This document shows positions 1-12,585 of a DNA stretch of 64,000 nucleotides, in pieces. This DNA is from Azolla caroliniana (taxonomy: Eukaryota; Plantae; Polypodiophyta): assembly GCA_043228905.1 (NCBI GenBank), contig JBHGNT010000007.1, positions 13,888,001 to 13,952,000 on the forward strand, written 5' to 3'. The notes under the pieces were generated by a model. The model saw nothing but the letters and a program-made list of their open reading frames with translations, did not search any database and had not been told where the DNA came from. The position numbers were made by a program, and so were the translations under genes. How positions within the stretch are numbered: the first letter of the stretch is position 1; every line of letters starts with the position of its first letter.

Positions 1-14
1 CCAAAACGGAGGAA

Positions 15-3000
15 GTGTGGTATGTTGATTCCGGCACGTCGAACCACATGACGAGCCACAAAGAGTGGTTCTCCTTTCTAGAGAAACCGGATCGACCAGG
101 AGTAGTCGAAACCGGAGACGACACTCCTCACCGAATCGTGCACGTCGGAGAAGTCCCTCTAAGCCACGTCGGACAGAAAGGGAAGCTGATGAACGTATTA
201 CACGTTCCGACAATCACGAAGAACCTGGTGTCCGTCGGTCAGATTGTCGACCAGGGGATGCAGGTGCGGTTTACGCACCTCGGGTGCTTCATTGCGGATG
301 AGGGCGAAGTTATTGCGCAAGGGCGCAGAGACGGGAGGATGTTTATCCTCAACACCAATGACTTTGGCACCGCTCTGTTCGCGAAACGACAGAAGGTCGA
401 GTCGGACATCGACCTGTGGCACAAGCGGATAGGCCACGTCAACTACCGGAGGCTTCAACACCTGCAAACGAAACAAGTCGTTTTCAGTTTGCCGAAGTTC
501 AGCGGCCGGAGAGCCGTAATTTGTGAAGCCTGCCAACTTTGGAAGCAACACCGGCTTCCATTCCCCACCGAACGGAACCGGAGCCGTAACAAGCTCGATC
601 TCATCCATTCGGATGTGTGGGGACTGGCACAAAGTGTAAGCCTTGGCAGGAGCCGATACTTCGTCTCCTTCACTGACGACTATACTCGACATACTTGGAT
701 CTACCTCATTGAGCGGAAGAGCGAAGTCTTCGACTAATTCCGGAGCCTCCAGAAGATGGTGGAACGGGAATCGGAGAGGAAGATCAAATGCCTTGGTCGG
801 ATGGCGGAAAGGAATATTTTTCCGGCCAATTCACTAGTTATCTGCAGCAGAAGGGAATTCGGCGAGAGTTCAGCTGCAGATACACACCGGAGCAAAACGG
901 TGTGGCCGAAAGGAAGAACTGGACACTCGTCGAAACAGCAAGGGCAATGCTGGAGGAGAAGGGCATGCCCCGGTTCTACTGGGCGGAGGCGGTCCAGATG
1001 GCCGTCTACATACAAAACCGCATTAGTGACAAGGTGTCAGCTCATGAGCTGTATTTCGGGTGCAAGCCAAACTTAAGACACCTTTGGATATTTGGCAGCA
1101 TAGCGTATGTGCATGTGCCAGATCAGAAGCGGAGAAAGCTGGATGCAAAATCGGAAAAATGCATCCTAGTCGGCTATGCTCAAGAGAAAAAGGGGTATAA
1201 GTGTTATAACCCCCGGACGAAGGAAGTCCGAGTTAGTCGGGATGTCGATTTCGACGAATCGGCATCCTGGTACTCCGTACCGACTCCGACTTCCGATCCC
1301 GACCCAATGCCGGAAGATCAGGCCAGTGAGCCTGAATCAGCCCTGGCAGAGGATGATGAAGCCGGGACTCAAGATGAGAGTCCGGAATCATTTTGGTTGA
1401 GTGGACCGAACGAGCAACTGAGTCGGTTGGACCAGTCGGATGAAGAGACGGCAAGTAGTGGAGACTCTGTCGTGCTCTCCCCACGCAAGGAACCGAGGAA
1501 ACGGTTCACGCGCAAAGAGAAGGGGAAGAGGAAGATGCCGGAATTCGAAACCGGCAACGATGAGTCGGATCGGTGCGTATCCGACTCCGAAAAGGAGAAA
1601 GGCAGATTTTCGGCAACGAAGACCGACCTGGCCAAGAAGGGCCTCAAATCAGGTGACGGTGCGTTGCGTCGATCAACCCGTCAGAAGGATGCCGTCGTGC
1701 GGTACGGGTACAATGAATACATGGCGCATCATTATGCGTACATGACTAAGGTGACAGAAGTGCGTGAGCCGGAGAGCTATGCAGAAGCGGCAAAGGACGC
1801 AAATTGGCGTGCCGCTATGGACGAAGAAATGCGGGCACTCGATGCCAACGAAACTTGGGACCTACTTGATCCTCCCCGTCACTGTAAACTAATCGGATGC
1901 AAGTGGGTGTACAAGGTCAAGTACAACGCTGACGGTTCTGTTAACCGGTACAAAACCCAGTTGGTGGCGAAGGGATACGCGCAGACCCACGGAATCGACT
2001 ATGACGAGACCTTCGCTCCTGTGGCGAAGATGACGACGGTTCGTGTGGTACTGGCGGTTGCTGCGGCAAGGGGGTGGTGTCTTCACCAGATGGATGTGAA
2101 GAACGCCTTCCTTCAAGGAGAGCTTGAAGAAGAAGTCTTTATGACTCAGCCCCCCGGATTTCAATCGGAGATGAACAAATCGGCGGTATGCCGACTGAAG
2201 AAGTCGCTTTACGGCTTGAAGCCAGCCCCCCGAGCTTGGAACGCAAAGATCACGCACCGGTTGCGTCAGCTGGGGTTCGTTGTCTCTAAGTCGGACTCTT
2301 CGTTGTTCATCCGGCAAGGCTCTGATGGTCCGGTATGTATAGTCTTGTATGTGGATGATTTAGTCATCACCGGACCGGGTCTTCCCGAAATCAAACGCGT
2401 CAAGTCCCAGTTGTCGGACGCATTCGAAATGAAGGACCTGGGGGACCTTCATTATTTTCTTGGGATCGAAGTGATCCAGACCCCCGACGGCATATTGCTC
2501 TCACAACGACATTACGTGTTGAATATGCTGAATAAGTTCGGCATGACGGATTGCTGACCTGTCTCCACACCCCTGGACCGGAACTAGAAGCTCCGTCCCA
2601 ACTCCGGACCGGCCTGCAATGAGAAACGGTTTTGACAGGTTGTCGGAAGCCTGATCTACTTAACCATCACCCGACCCGACATCAGCTATCCGGTTGGCAT
2701 GGTAAACCAGTTCATGCAAAAGCCGACCGTGGAGCACCTTCAGTGCGTGCAACGAATATTACGGTATGTCAGTGGCACTAAGGACCGGGGACTGCTATAC
2801 CGGCGAGGTATACCCGAAGAGCTTATCGGTTACACAGATGCTGACTGGGCTGGCGATACGTCTGATCGCCGCTCCACTTCCGGATACATGTTCTCCATAG
2901 GTAGCGCGGCCGTTGCGTGGAGCAGCAAGAAGCAGCCCACAGTGGCTTTGTCAAGCACTGAGGCTGAGTACCGGGCCGCTACCGTTGCCACTTGTGAAGC

Positions 3001-3265
3001 CATCTGGCTTCGGCGACTGCTGCGAGACTTGCGGATCGAGGTACCGACCCCGATCCTGATTTACTGCGATAACATGAGCAGCCTGCAGCTCGCCAAGAAC
3101 CCTGTGTTCCATGCTCGCACAAAGCACATCGAGGTGCGCTACCACTTCGTGCGTGAGCGGGTCCTGAGCGGTGAAGTTGACCTACGGTATGTTCATACGG
3201 ATCAGACAAGTTGCAGCACTTTACCGACATGCTTAGTATTCAGCGTCTCGACGTGCCGCACTTGA
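15..3265 (+). pseudogene. pol: copia pol (protease, GAG-pre-integrase, integrase, RT, RNase H), disrupted
   Basis: Motifs WYVDSGTSNHMT, LWHKRIGH/CEAC, IHSDVWG, EQNGVAER, QMDVKNAFL, YVDD, GYTDADWAGD, SSTEAEY. Stops at 735 and 2555, frameshift near 790, small deletion near 3205. Confidence 0.93.
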
Positions 3266-4002
3266 GGGGGAGAAGCAAGGGCCAAGTCTCTATCGAAACG
3301 GGCAACCAAAAAATTGTTGAACACGTCGGTAAGAGGAGAGCCGGAAGAAGAGGAGACAAGAAGATGAAGGAAGCCGAGTCGACGAAGGAAGTCGACACAT
3401 CCGAACAGGTCGGAGCAAGTGACTGTGAAGAAGAATTGTGCACTCAGGAAGAGAAGCGCATGCTGTGCGAAGGTCATCACGACGGTACTGACCATGATAC
3501 AGAGTCGAATGAAGAATTCGATTTCGGTTCACCGGCTGAAGAAGCCGAGGGAAGCATGGAGAAGGCCAAGACTTGGAAGTGGTCCGATGCGGTGAGAGGC
3601 CTGAAGCCGGAAGTCGATTCGGAGTGTACCGATTCGGACAAAAGCTGGAACGAGTCGGAGACAGCTGACTCAGACCAACAGATGGATCCGGATGAGTCGG
3701 ATCGACTGAAGGCCAAGGGGACACGGACACAGCGGAAGTCGATGCCATCGTGGGAGAACCGACGGATCGGCAAGCGCCGGAGTCACAGCAACATGAGTGC
3801 TAAGATGGGCCTATTGAGCAGACATGCCGACCGAGAGGGTCGAGGCACGCAGAACCTAAGGGGTCGCGGCAAACGGGACCGGACCGGACAAGGAGCGCGA
3901 GCAAGGTGGAGTGATGCCAGGAGAAGTCGGTTGGAAGAACCGACTGCCACAGAGGTCGACACTACGACCCCACCTCAGGTTGAGCTTGAGAGGGAGTGTT
4001 GA
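3211..4002 (+). CDS. charged ~240-aa C-terminal extension of copia Pol after RNase H
   Basis: ORF begins with the RNase H tail (QHFTDMLSIQRLDVPHLRG) and stays open for 263 codons up to the PPT/LTR. Confidence 0.6.
   Translation: MQHFTDMLSIQRLDVPHLRGRSKGQVSIETGNQKIVEHVGKRRAGRRGDKKMKEAESTKEVDTSEQVGASDCEEELCTQEEKRMLCEGHHDGTDHDTESNEEFDFGSPAEEAEGSMEKAKTWKWSDAVRGLKPEVDSECTDSDKSWNESETADSDQQMDPDESDRLKAKGTRTQRKSMPSWENRRIGKRRSHSNMSAKMGLLSRHADREGRGTQNLRGRGKRDRTGQGARARWSDARRSRLEEPTATEVDTTTPPQVELEREC
3988..3996 (+). other. polypurine tract of copia-1
   Basis: GAGAGGGAG immediately before TGTTG. Confidence 0.75.
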
Positions 4003-4412
4003 GCGGCAAGCTCAACCGGAGCCGGATCGGCTGAATAAGCCGGAGCCGGTAAGCGAGACGGATCGGGCGAAACGGATCGGTATTACGGTGAGCAACCGAA
4101 CCGGCAAGCAGTGGAGGCCGGGTGCAATCCGTAACCGGAAGTCCAATCGGAAGCCTAGTATAGGATAGACTACTAGGTAGCTATAGTCTCGTAGTAAGTG
4201 TCAGATGCTCGTGTGAGCATTGAAGTACATGGTACTTCTGTCAGTCCCAAGAGGACTTGTATAAATAGTGCTGCTTAGCACAGTGTGTGTACAGAGTCTT
4301 GATATAATTTTGGAAATTGTGTTCTGCTCTCTCTCTCTCTCGCTCGCTCTCTCTCTCTCTCTCTCTCTGTGTTGTTCTCTGTTTTATGCTTCCGCAAACA
4401 TTTATGTTTACA
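3997..4412 (+). repeat. 3' LTR of copia-1
   Basis: TGTTG...TTTACA, TATAAATA at ~4260, (CT)n tract 4327-4368. Confidence 0.8.
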
Positions 4413-6015
4413 GGTACCCTTGACGGGGTTGGTCATCATATCTCCCGTAATCTTCCTGTCGTTGGTGATACCCAGGGGAGTGATCCCAGTTGTAATGCTC
4501 GTACCGTCCATTGTAATCTCGATACCTGTCATATCTCTCGTACTAGTCATAGTTGTCTCGCCGATCGCCATACCGGACATCCTATGCCCGTCAATATCGC
4601 TCCTCTTGCCGCCATCGTTCGTCTTCTTCGTCACGACTGCTACGTGGCTCGATTTGCCGGACTGGTGATGCTTGCCGATTCAATAAGTTATATTCGCACC
4701 AGTCCATCGTGTGGCTCGTAGATTGGCAGAGTAAGCAGTGCGTCCGCATGGTGCATTCCAGTGCCGAGTGTCCGGAATTCAAGCAGGTCGTGCATTGGAT
4801 TGCTTGCCGGAACCAGAGATCCTCATCGGTTGGTGCTTGCCAATTCAATAAGTTATATTCGCACCAGTCCATCGTGTGGCTCATAGATTGGCAGAGTAAG
4901 CAGTGCGTCCGCATGGTGCATTCCAGTGCCGAGTGTCCGGAATTCAAGCAGGTCGTGCATTGGATTGCTTGTCGGAACCAGAGATCCTCATCAGTTGGTA
5001 ACGCTTGTTGGAGGGCTCCCATTGTTAGCCAAGAGCTCGTTTTCTCCATTTCTCTAACCCGGTCGATGACCTGGTCGACGGTGCTTGTGCGAAAGTAGAT
5101 GACCGTGCATACCATTCGTAGAGGTTCCCGGATCGCGGCTAAGAATATAGCCTGTGTTTCTTCCTCCGGAGGTGTTCAGGTAAGCTGACTGTGCATCCGT
5201 TGAAACCGGATGACAAACTGCGGAATGCTCTCCCTAGGGTCCTACCGGATGGTATAAAATAGGCCCACCATTTCACTCTGGTCCACCTCCTTCTTAAAGA
5301 AGTGCAAGAATTTATCTTTCAAGTCCGCAAAGGTGGTGATGGTGTTGGGGTCCTGCGTCTGGTGCCATCTGGTGGCCGGTCCTTCCAATGTCACGCCAAA
5401 TTCGGCTATCTTAGATCGTTCCTCTTCGGCCGCGGTTAACCGTTGTGACACATGGTTCGCCTCCCATGTTTGTTGAAACGCGTGAACATGAGCCTCCACA
5501 TCCGGGTCATCCCTATACTTCGAGTACTGGAACGGCATGTCGTCGTCCGGTGTCGGTACGCGGGCTGGCGGTGTCTGTGGTCTTTCCTGCTATTCCGTCG
5601 GCGTCGGAGGTCTTTGCTAGTCTTCCTTTGGTGTTGCCGGCTCGACTTCCGGTGTCAGAGGTCTTTCTTTGTCTTATTCCGTCTCCGGAGGTTGCTCCAC
5701 GTCTAGTGCCGGGGGTTCCCAGTCTAACAACTCTGGTTCCAATGTCGGTAATGTATCCAACTCCTCTTCCTCTGGTCCTCCTAGGGTGTCGTTACTGCTG
5801 CGATAGTTTGTGTGCGCGTTGTAACCCCCTTCCGAATCCGATTCCAGCGCTGAAAATGCTTGGGATTCGCCATCTCTTCCGGCCAAGGCCTGGAGAAGGG
5901 ATTCCGCTTCCCGGAGACTGCTTAAGGTGCTTCCTTTGTCCGGGTAGGCGTTTTGTTGCAGACGGAGCGACTCCTCCGCCACTTTCCGTATCACTTTGGA
6001 AAATGATTGATCCAA
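4413..6015 (-). pseudogene. gag: gypsy gag with duplicated zinc knuckles, disrupted
   Basis: ORFs 5674-6015, 5242-5538 and 4591-5115 match the Gag at 49412-51052 (FQYSKYRDDPD, CTTCLNSGHSALEC). Confidence 0.88.
4669..4998. repeat. 165-bp in-frame tandem duplication in gag
   Basis: CAATAAGTTATATTCG recurs at 4681 and 4846. A 55-aa block is repeated in ORF 4591-5115. Confidence 0.9.
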
Positions 6016-6154
6016 TCAGATTTCTTCCGTTGCTTGCTGGAAAGCCTCTCACCGCCTTCGTCGTTCAGCAAGTCTTCGTGCTCTCTCCGTAACCGGGTCG
6101 TCTATTGGCCTAGTCATCCATTCCTGCCGCTGTTCACTGCGATTGTGCAGGAAT

Positions 6155-6165
6155 CGTGGTCGCCA
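6155..6165 (-). other. primer binding site, tRNA-Arg(UCG)-like
   Basis: TGGCGACCACG, 5 nt inside the LTR. Same motif at 51210-51220. Confidence 0.7.
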
Positions 6166-6170
6166 AAAAC

Positions 6171-6609
6171 TGTCTTAATCCTAGGGCCGGACAACAGCCT
6201 AACATAGGGTGTCCACTTAAGACACTTCACCAATGGGTGTTATGGCAACATGACTTACGACACAACACTTAATTGGACCTTAATTGGTTACTTAGCAATA
6301 CTTCATTAGCACGTGTAAGATATAACAATGAGTACAGAACGGTAATCAATACTGAAAGGTTAAGGCAATAAGTTCTATTAATTATCCACTATCAATTACA
6401 TTGTAACCGGGCCTTTATATAGGTCTCCGGTGCGAAGTACAAAATGGTGCCAACCGGCACCTATTCGGAATCGGTCCAGATCCGGATCGGCATACCAATT
6501 CCGGTCCGTCCGTCCATATTAATAAAATAATTACAACAGTTCCTGAATAAACTATTCCTTTCACACTCTGGTCTGGACATCCTTAAGCCTTCTTGCCGGC
6601 CGGGTAACA
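6171..6609 (-). repeat. 5' LTR of gypsy A (439 bp)
   Basis: TGTC...TAACA on +, TATATAAA on the minus strand. Homologous to 41370-41766. Confidence 0.85.
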
Positions 6610-8667
6610 GGCCTCACCGTAAGGAATTGGACCGAATGTTTCCCATCTTGGCTCTTGACCCTCGCATATGCCGACCCGTTGTCTAGCACCTTCGTCTCCA
6701 TGCGAGCCGTCGTGATGTATGTTTCACCCAAGATGACCGGGTGTGAGGAGTCTGTCTCTTGAACAAAGAAATGTTGATCTATTTCTACGTCCCCCACCTT
6801 CACCCGTACATTCAGGCAAGTCCCGTATAGCTCCTTGGTTGCTCAGGTCGCCGCTCTAATCTTCCACCTGTGCTTCGTGTTGATCGGCCACTCTCCCTTT
6901 TCATAAAATTCCATGGACATAAGGTTGATCTCAGAGCCCTAGTCAATCAATGCTACAACCGGCTCTTTTACATCTTCGACCCGTACCGTTGTCTCCATTG
7001 TCGCTCTCACCCAATGTGGCCTCGTGTATGAATGTCCGCATCGTCTTTGTCTTCCTCGGGCACCCTAGTTCACAATCCATTTACAATCGCAGGCTTTGCC
7101 ACATCTTGCTCCATCGAGAGCCACTTCCTCTTCATTAGGTTGATGATGACCTCATGGAATTCTTTCTTGGAAATTCCAAGGATCTCTCGTAGAGTAAACT
7201 CTACGCGACTATCGAGGATCCTTTCCTCCACTACCTTCTTCAAGTCTGTTGCTTGTTCGATCTCCGAGCAAAGCTTGAAGTTGGGGGGGTTCCCCTTCTC
7301 TTTCCATCTTTTGTCGTGTGCTTGAGACTGGTTCGGCTCTTCCCTTCTTCGTGCACCTCGAGCGTCGTATTTCCTTGATTGACCGGCTCCCTCGTCATTT
7401 CCTACCTTCTTCTCTTCTACCATTACTTCGTAGTTTTGGCAAGCGGCTTCCACTAAGCCTAGATTTTCTTCCATTGGATCCTTCCACCCGGTTGCTTCTT
7501 GGACCCCTCTTTCCGCTTCTCTTTTGAACTTTCCCCTAGAGAAGCTTCCAAGGATTCACGGCCAAAAGTCAAACTCTTTCTCCTCTTGCCTCCTCACCTC
7601 TTTCCCACTCGGATCCCAGCCGATGGTGAGTAGTGGATGGCTTCAACATGTCGTGCTTCGGCCTCCTCGATTACCCTTCTCATTCCCCCTCGGCCTTGAT
7701 TCAATCCCAAGGGGCACCTTGTCTCCGTCGAATAGACCCTATTGTTTCAAACATAGACAATATCCCTTCTTAGGGCCTCTTGAAAGTCTCCACATTCCCT
7801 TCGTAGGTGGTCGGGATTGTCGCACCACATACATCTTTGCGCCAACGGGGGACGTCGATCTTGAGGGCCGCCACTCTCTCTCCTAGCTTGTGGTATTTGG
7901 AGATCTCCCACCATCTTTGTGGGCTTGTCTATTGTTGACCCTCTAGACAGTGCTTCAACCACGTTTCTCTCGGGGAAGAACCTTGCATTTGCTTGCTCTC
8001 TTTCTTGAGGTGCTCTACCACCCCTGGGTTTGTGGGTCTCACTAATGGAGCCTGTGGATGTATGGCCACTCAACGGAGACCCGTTGTTCCATTCCCTTCT
8101 CTTATCGAAGCGACTACAAACCCGTTTTACCATAGCCCAATCCGTCGTGAGCCCATCATCAATTTCAAGGAGGAGCCCCACCTTCTCTCGGTCTCGTGCA
8201 TCAACAACTTTTATAACTAGTAGGACCTTGCTTGTGTCAAGCACCATCCTATCGAGAGCCGAGAGTCGTGCGAAGCGCTTCTCAAAGTCTTGTAGAAGTG
8301 CCATAGTATTTCTCCCCTTGCCGGGAAGCTCAACCCACTCCATTAGATCCCTTTTCGAAATTCTGAGTGAGTCATCAAGGTCGTACTTCTCGAGGAGTCT
8401 TTCTTCGAACCCCTCCCAATTGCAAGAGTCTGCTTGGATCTCGAGTACCTCTACGTGGATACTCGGCGTTACCACTCTAGCGAATCCGGTTAGCCGCCTA
8501 TCTTCGGGGACGTTTCGCATAAGCATTTCGGCCTTATGGGCATCCAAGTAGTTTGTGGTATCTCTTTCATTGAACCGACCCATTGTGGTGACCACCATCT
8601 CTATGGCCCGTTCTAGGCCGGTCATGCCTTCTTGGGCATTTACCAAGCGGTCCACCGCCGCCACCAT
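6610..8667 (-). pseudogene. gag: gypsy gag-protease, disrupted
   Basis: CCHC knuckle and aspartic protease motifs across ORFs 7747-8667, 7070-7474 and 6561-6803. Confidence 0.78.
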
Positions 8668-9599
8668 CGCTTCAGCGAGTTCTCCTCCTCACATGTTGGA
8701 TCTCCCTTGCCACCCTTTCACGTTGGGTTCACCAATTTATGTCGCAAAGTTTCGCACGTTGTCGAGGTATTCCTCGCGGATGCGTGGAATGAGGCGGGAC
8801 CTCGGGGGTCTTGTACCAAAGAGCAAGAGAGAAAGGAGAAGGGAAGAGACCCACTAGGTGCGAGCGTAGATCCATAGGGACACGGCCCTTCGACACGAAG
8901 ACGCGAGCGGGAAACCAACACAGAGAGACACGAAGGAATGTATGTATATATTAACAGAGACAAACAACAAAACACGGAAGCAACAAAAACACGATGTCGG
9001 TTACAACCGAACAGGCCGGCGAACAGATGCCGATGCCTGTTCGTAAACGCACAGAAAGACAGGAGCAGGTTGGAGGTGCTGCCGGAAGCACTCGGGCATT
9101 CCTCAGAGCAGCGCGAGCCTCCCGAAACCTGCACAGAAGGAAGCTATGGAGTTTGCGAACCAGAGAGAGAGAGAGAATCCTTCGCACACAAACCGACAGC
9201 ACTTCATCCTCGACTCTTTGCGATCCCCTCCCCTTCTCGTCTCCCTCCTTTTATAGGCAAGGAAGGAGCCGTTTCCCCTCTACTTCCTACCCACTAAATC
9301 TACCTGCCTAGGATCTTCTATGGACAACATTCGAGAAGAGCCAGTTCCTACGCTCCTGTGCACCGATTCCGCTTGTGGACGGTTTTCTTCACGACAGCGT
9401 GTGTGTTACTTGGGCAGGACCACGGGGGTCTTGGACTAGAGAGTACTCAAGGGATAGAGAAGACCCGAGGTTTGCTTTACGACAATACTACTTCCCAACC
9501 CCTTCCCGAGCAAGGGCTCGTTGCCCTTTTTTTTTGTGAGGCCGGTGGCTTTCGTTGATCACGACTCGTTGACTTTTCGAGATCACCGCACGAGCCAAG

Positions 9600-11027
9600 T
9601 GATCAAATGGGTACAAGCAAGATGAATGCACAAGGGGACGATAACACAAACACGAATGCTCGTACGTCTTTATGAGGAGGAGAGGTGCATGGGCACGCCC
9701 GAATGCTCCCTTGTCATAAGACGTCGAACGTACGAGGAAGACACAAAACACACACACAAATGCTCGTACGCCTTTATGAGGAGGAGAGGTGCATGGGCAA
9801 GCCCGAACGCTCCCTCGTCACAAGACGGCCGAACATACAAGGAAGTCACAAACACACAAACAAATGCTCGTACATCTTTATGAGGAGGAGAGGTGCATGG
9901 GCACGCCCGAAACGCTCCCTCGTCACAAGACGGTCGAACATACAAGGAAGACACAAACACAGACACAAAATGCTTGTACGCCTTTATGAGGAGGAGAGGT
10001 GCATGGGCAAGCCCGAACGCTCCCTCGTCACAAGACGGCCGAACGTACAAGGAAGACACAAACACACGCACAAAATGCTCGTACACCTTTATGAGGAGGA
10101 GAGGTGCATGGGCACGCCTGAAACTCTCCCTCGTCACAAGATGGCCGAACGTACAAGTGGACGAGAACAAAGAAAGAAAGAAACACAAATGATATTGGCC
10201 AAAGAAATAAATACGTGTTCGAGTCCAACGCAAGAGGACCCTTTATAAAATAGGGTTTGATTACAATGGCAACTTCTAGTTAACCACAAGCTCAATCAAA
10301 ACATAAATACTAAATGCCCTTAGAGACAAGAGCAAATCCGAACACGGCGAAGACGAACACACGAGCACCACCAAAATGCCAACCCGAACGAACCATGACC
10401 ACCCAAACGGCGAGCACACGGGCTCGCAACGAAGAACGGGGCGAAGCAAAGTCGAACCAACGAAGCTTGGACTCACGAGCACTTCGAGTGCCAACGCGAA
10501 GAAGACGAGCATGTGGCGATGAGGGGATGAAGGGGTATGAGATGAAGAGAAGTGGAAGAAGAAGATGAAGAGCTCCGAAGGAAAAATGGCGATAGTCTCT
10601 TCCTCCCAAAACGTCCCCCCAAATGAGCCCCCCTCGATCTCCTTTTATAAGAAAAAAAAGAAGGGGGTCGCCAATTTTGTCTTCACTGCAAAAAGAATAA
10701 AATTCCTTAAATCTTGTTGCATTGTAAGACCGGATTTGAACCATGCACGTCTAAATAGAAATCAATGTGATTATTCACTAGCCCATTAACTCTCTCTTAT
10801 ATAATATATAATTCTATCTCTACAAATTCATAGTTTGTCTCCCCTCTACTTTTTATCTCTCCTCTCTCTTACTTTTTATACGAGCTTCTATACATCCTTT
10901 CCACCCTTTCTTTTCCCTTTTCTTTTGCATGTGCACAATTAATCGCCTTTGTGTGCACACACATTGCACATGCACATTTTGACCCCCCCTTTCGTCGGTT
11001 TTTCCCACTCTTGAGCACGCCACATCA
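9600..11027 (-). repeat. putative 5' LTR of element C (~1.43 kb)
   Basis: TGAT...ATCA termini, adjacent PBS-like site, LINE sequence starts right after 11027. No second LTR in the window to confirm. Confidence 0.55.
9655..10158. repeat. ~104-105 bp tandem repeat, ~5 copies, inside the LTR
   Basis: AATGCTCGTAC...TTTATGAGGAGGAGAGGTGCATGGGC recurs at 9655, 9759, 9863, 9969, 10074. Confidence 0.93.
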
Positions 11028-11537
11028 CGACAACAGCTCAATAATGGAGGAGAAGGATGAGATTCTGCATATGGCAACACAATACTATCGCGACCTGCTC
11101 GCACTTATGCATATGCGGCAAAACACAGAGCTAGTTGAGAGGGTGTTGGCTTGCATTCACCCCAAGGTAACCCATGAGATGGAAGTTGTGCTCGATAGCC
11201 CCATTTCTCGATTAGAACTCTCGAAGGCACTTAGGGATTTGCGAAGAGGAGCCTGCCCCGGCCCCGATGGTCTCTCACGAGACTTTTTTGAGATTCATTA
11301 GGAAACTGTTATCCCGTCATTGGAAGCCAAGATTCAGGAGATTTGGACCTCAGGAGCGATGCCAACTAGCTTGGTTGAGGGGATGATCTATCTCATCCCT
11401 AAAGTAGTAGGGCGAAGCCTCAACCTGCACCAATGGCGTCCAATCACAATCCTTAACACGATATACAAGATACTCGCAAAAGTCCTAGCTAGGCGGATAG
11501 CAAGCTTCCTACCGACATCATACATGAGAATCAAACT
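11028..11537 (+). pseudogene. L1-type LINE ORF2 fragment (N-terminal part of RT)
   Basis: ACPGPDGLSRDFF, IYLIPK, WRPITILNTIYKILAKVLARRI. Confidence 0.85.
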
Positions 11538-12585
11538 TAAAAGAGTTTTTAAAATTCAAAGTAAAAACTTCATAATGATGTTACATATTACGTAATTATA
11601 TATTGGAAAGAATTAATTCAAAAATATATCTCGTTAAAGAGTGGAACGTCGATGTTACGATTGCAAGGCAGCAATATACAATGGTGCTATCTCCCGCTGA
11701 AATGGCTCTTCCCACCGAGGACTCCCCCCATGCGACATCCCCCCACTGTCCTTTGAGTATAGAAGGATCCCACTAGTCTAGAGTTAATCGAGGCCTAACC
11801 GTTGTACATATGATACCTCCTATATTTCATCCTAACGAATGGATAGCATTTTTTTTTGAAATATATATATATATATATATCGTTAAACCATTAAATTGTC
11901 AAGTTGTTAAAAGTTGATAAAGACTCAAATGAACCAAATCATTTACAAATTTCTAAAGAAACCAAACCAAATAGGTCGATACGCCATTAAACCTGGTTTC
12001 ATGGTTTGATTTAGTTCAAACAAATAATTGTGGATAAACTACTCAGAAAGTAGTTCAACGAGGGATGTTGAATTGCAATAGGACAAATGATTAAGATTAA
12101 CCTCCCAAGAGGCTTATTCAATAGGGATAAAGCCTCTCTAGCATGACTTCAAAAGAGAGCTACTTTGGTAGATGCACATACAATTTCTGATGGGAATAGA
12201 TATTCTTCACTAACTTTGGGTTATCTAAAATCCATTGTATTAAAATAGATCGATGCCCCACATCTACCAAAAAATACTTCCTCAAGCTCTAGCAACCTAA
12301 CAACTACACAATACTCCCGTATGGAAATCTTTCGAATGTTTGTATGCATTCAAATCCGCAACAGTATATTGATGAGTCTATGTTTTGGCAACATCCTGTA
12401 AGTTTGTAAGAAGGGCATTTACTTTATGCAAGCAAATCCATGATAATATATTGATAAAGTCCATCTTTTTGAGAACATCTACAAGTTTTTAGGAAGAGCA
12501 TTTCACATTGATTTAATGAGTGCATTGACAAAGAGATAGCCCTAGATGTGTGTGAGGCCTAATCCAAGTTACCATCCACAGAATT

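Larger units (their letters stand above)
1..4412 (+). mobile_element. Ty1/copia LTR retrotransposon (copia-1), 3' part; 5' end outside window; inserted into a gypsy gag
   Basis: Domain order PR-INT-RT-RH, then PPT and a TG...CA LTR. Gypsy gag sequence homologous to ~49590 onward resumes at 4413 (GGTAC). Confidence 0.93.
4413..6609 (-). mobile_element. non-chromovirus Ty3/gypsy element A, 5' part (5' LTR, PBS, gag)
   Basis: gag fragments near-collinear with 49412-51052. PBS TGGCGACCACG. LTR TG...CA interrupts the protease of element C at 6609/6610. Confidence 0.88.
6610..11027 (-). mobile_element. Ty3/gypsy element C, 5' part (long LTR, gag, protease)
   Basis: Gag-like ORF 7747-8667 with CMWCDNPDHLRREC. 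Protease remnant ALID*GSEINL near 6920-6953 and VILG. PBS-like TGGCTCGTGCGGTG at 9584-9597. Confidence 0.75.

Noticed and set aside
9655-10158. CRISPR-like array
   Set aside because: Units repeat over their full length with no unique spacers. Eukaryotic context and no cas genes.
11540-12580. Possible decayed transposase (KYFLVDVG on the minus strand near 12260-12285)
   Set aside because: A single short motif with no supporting context.
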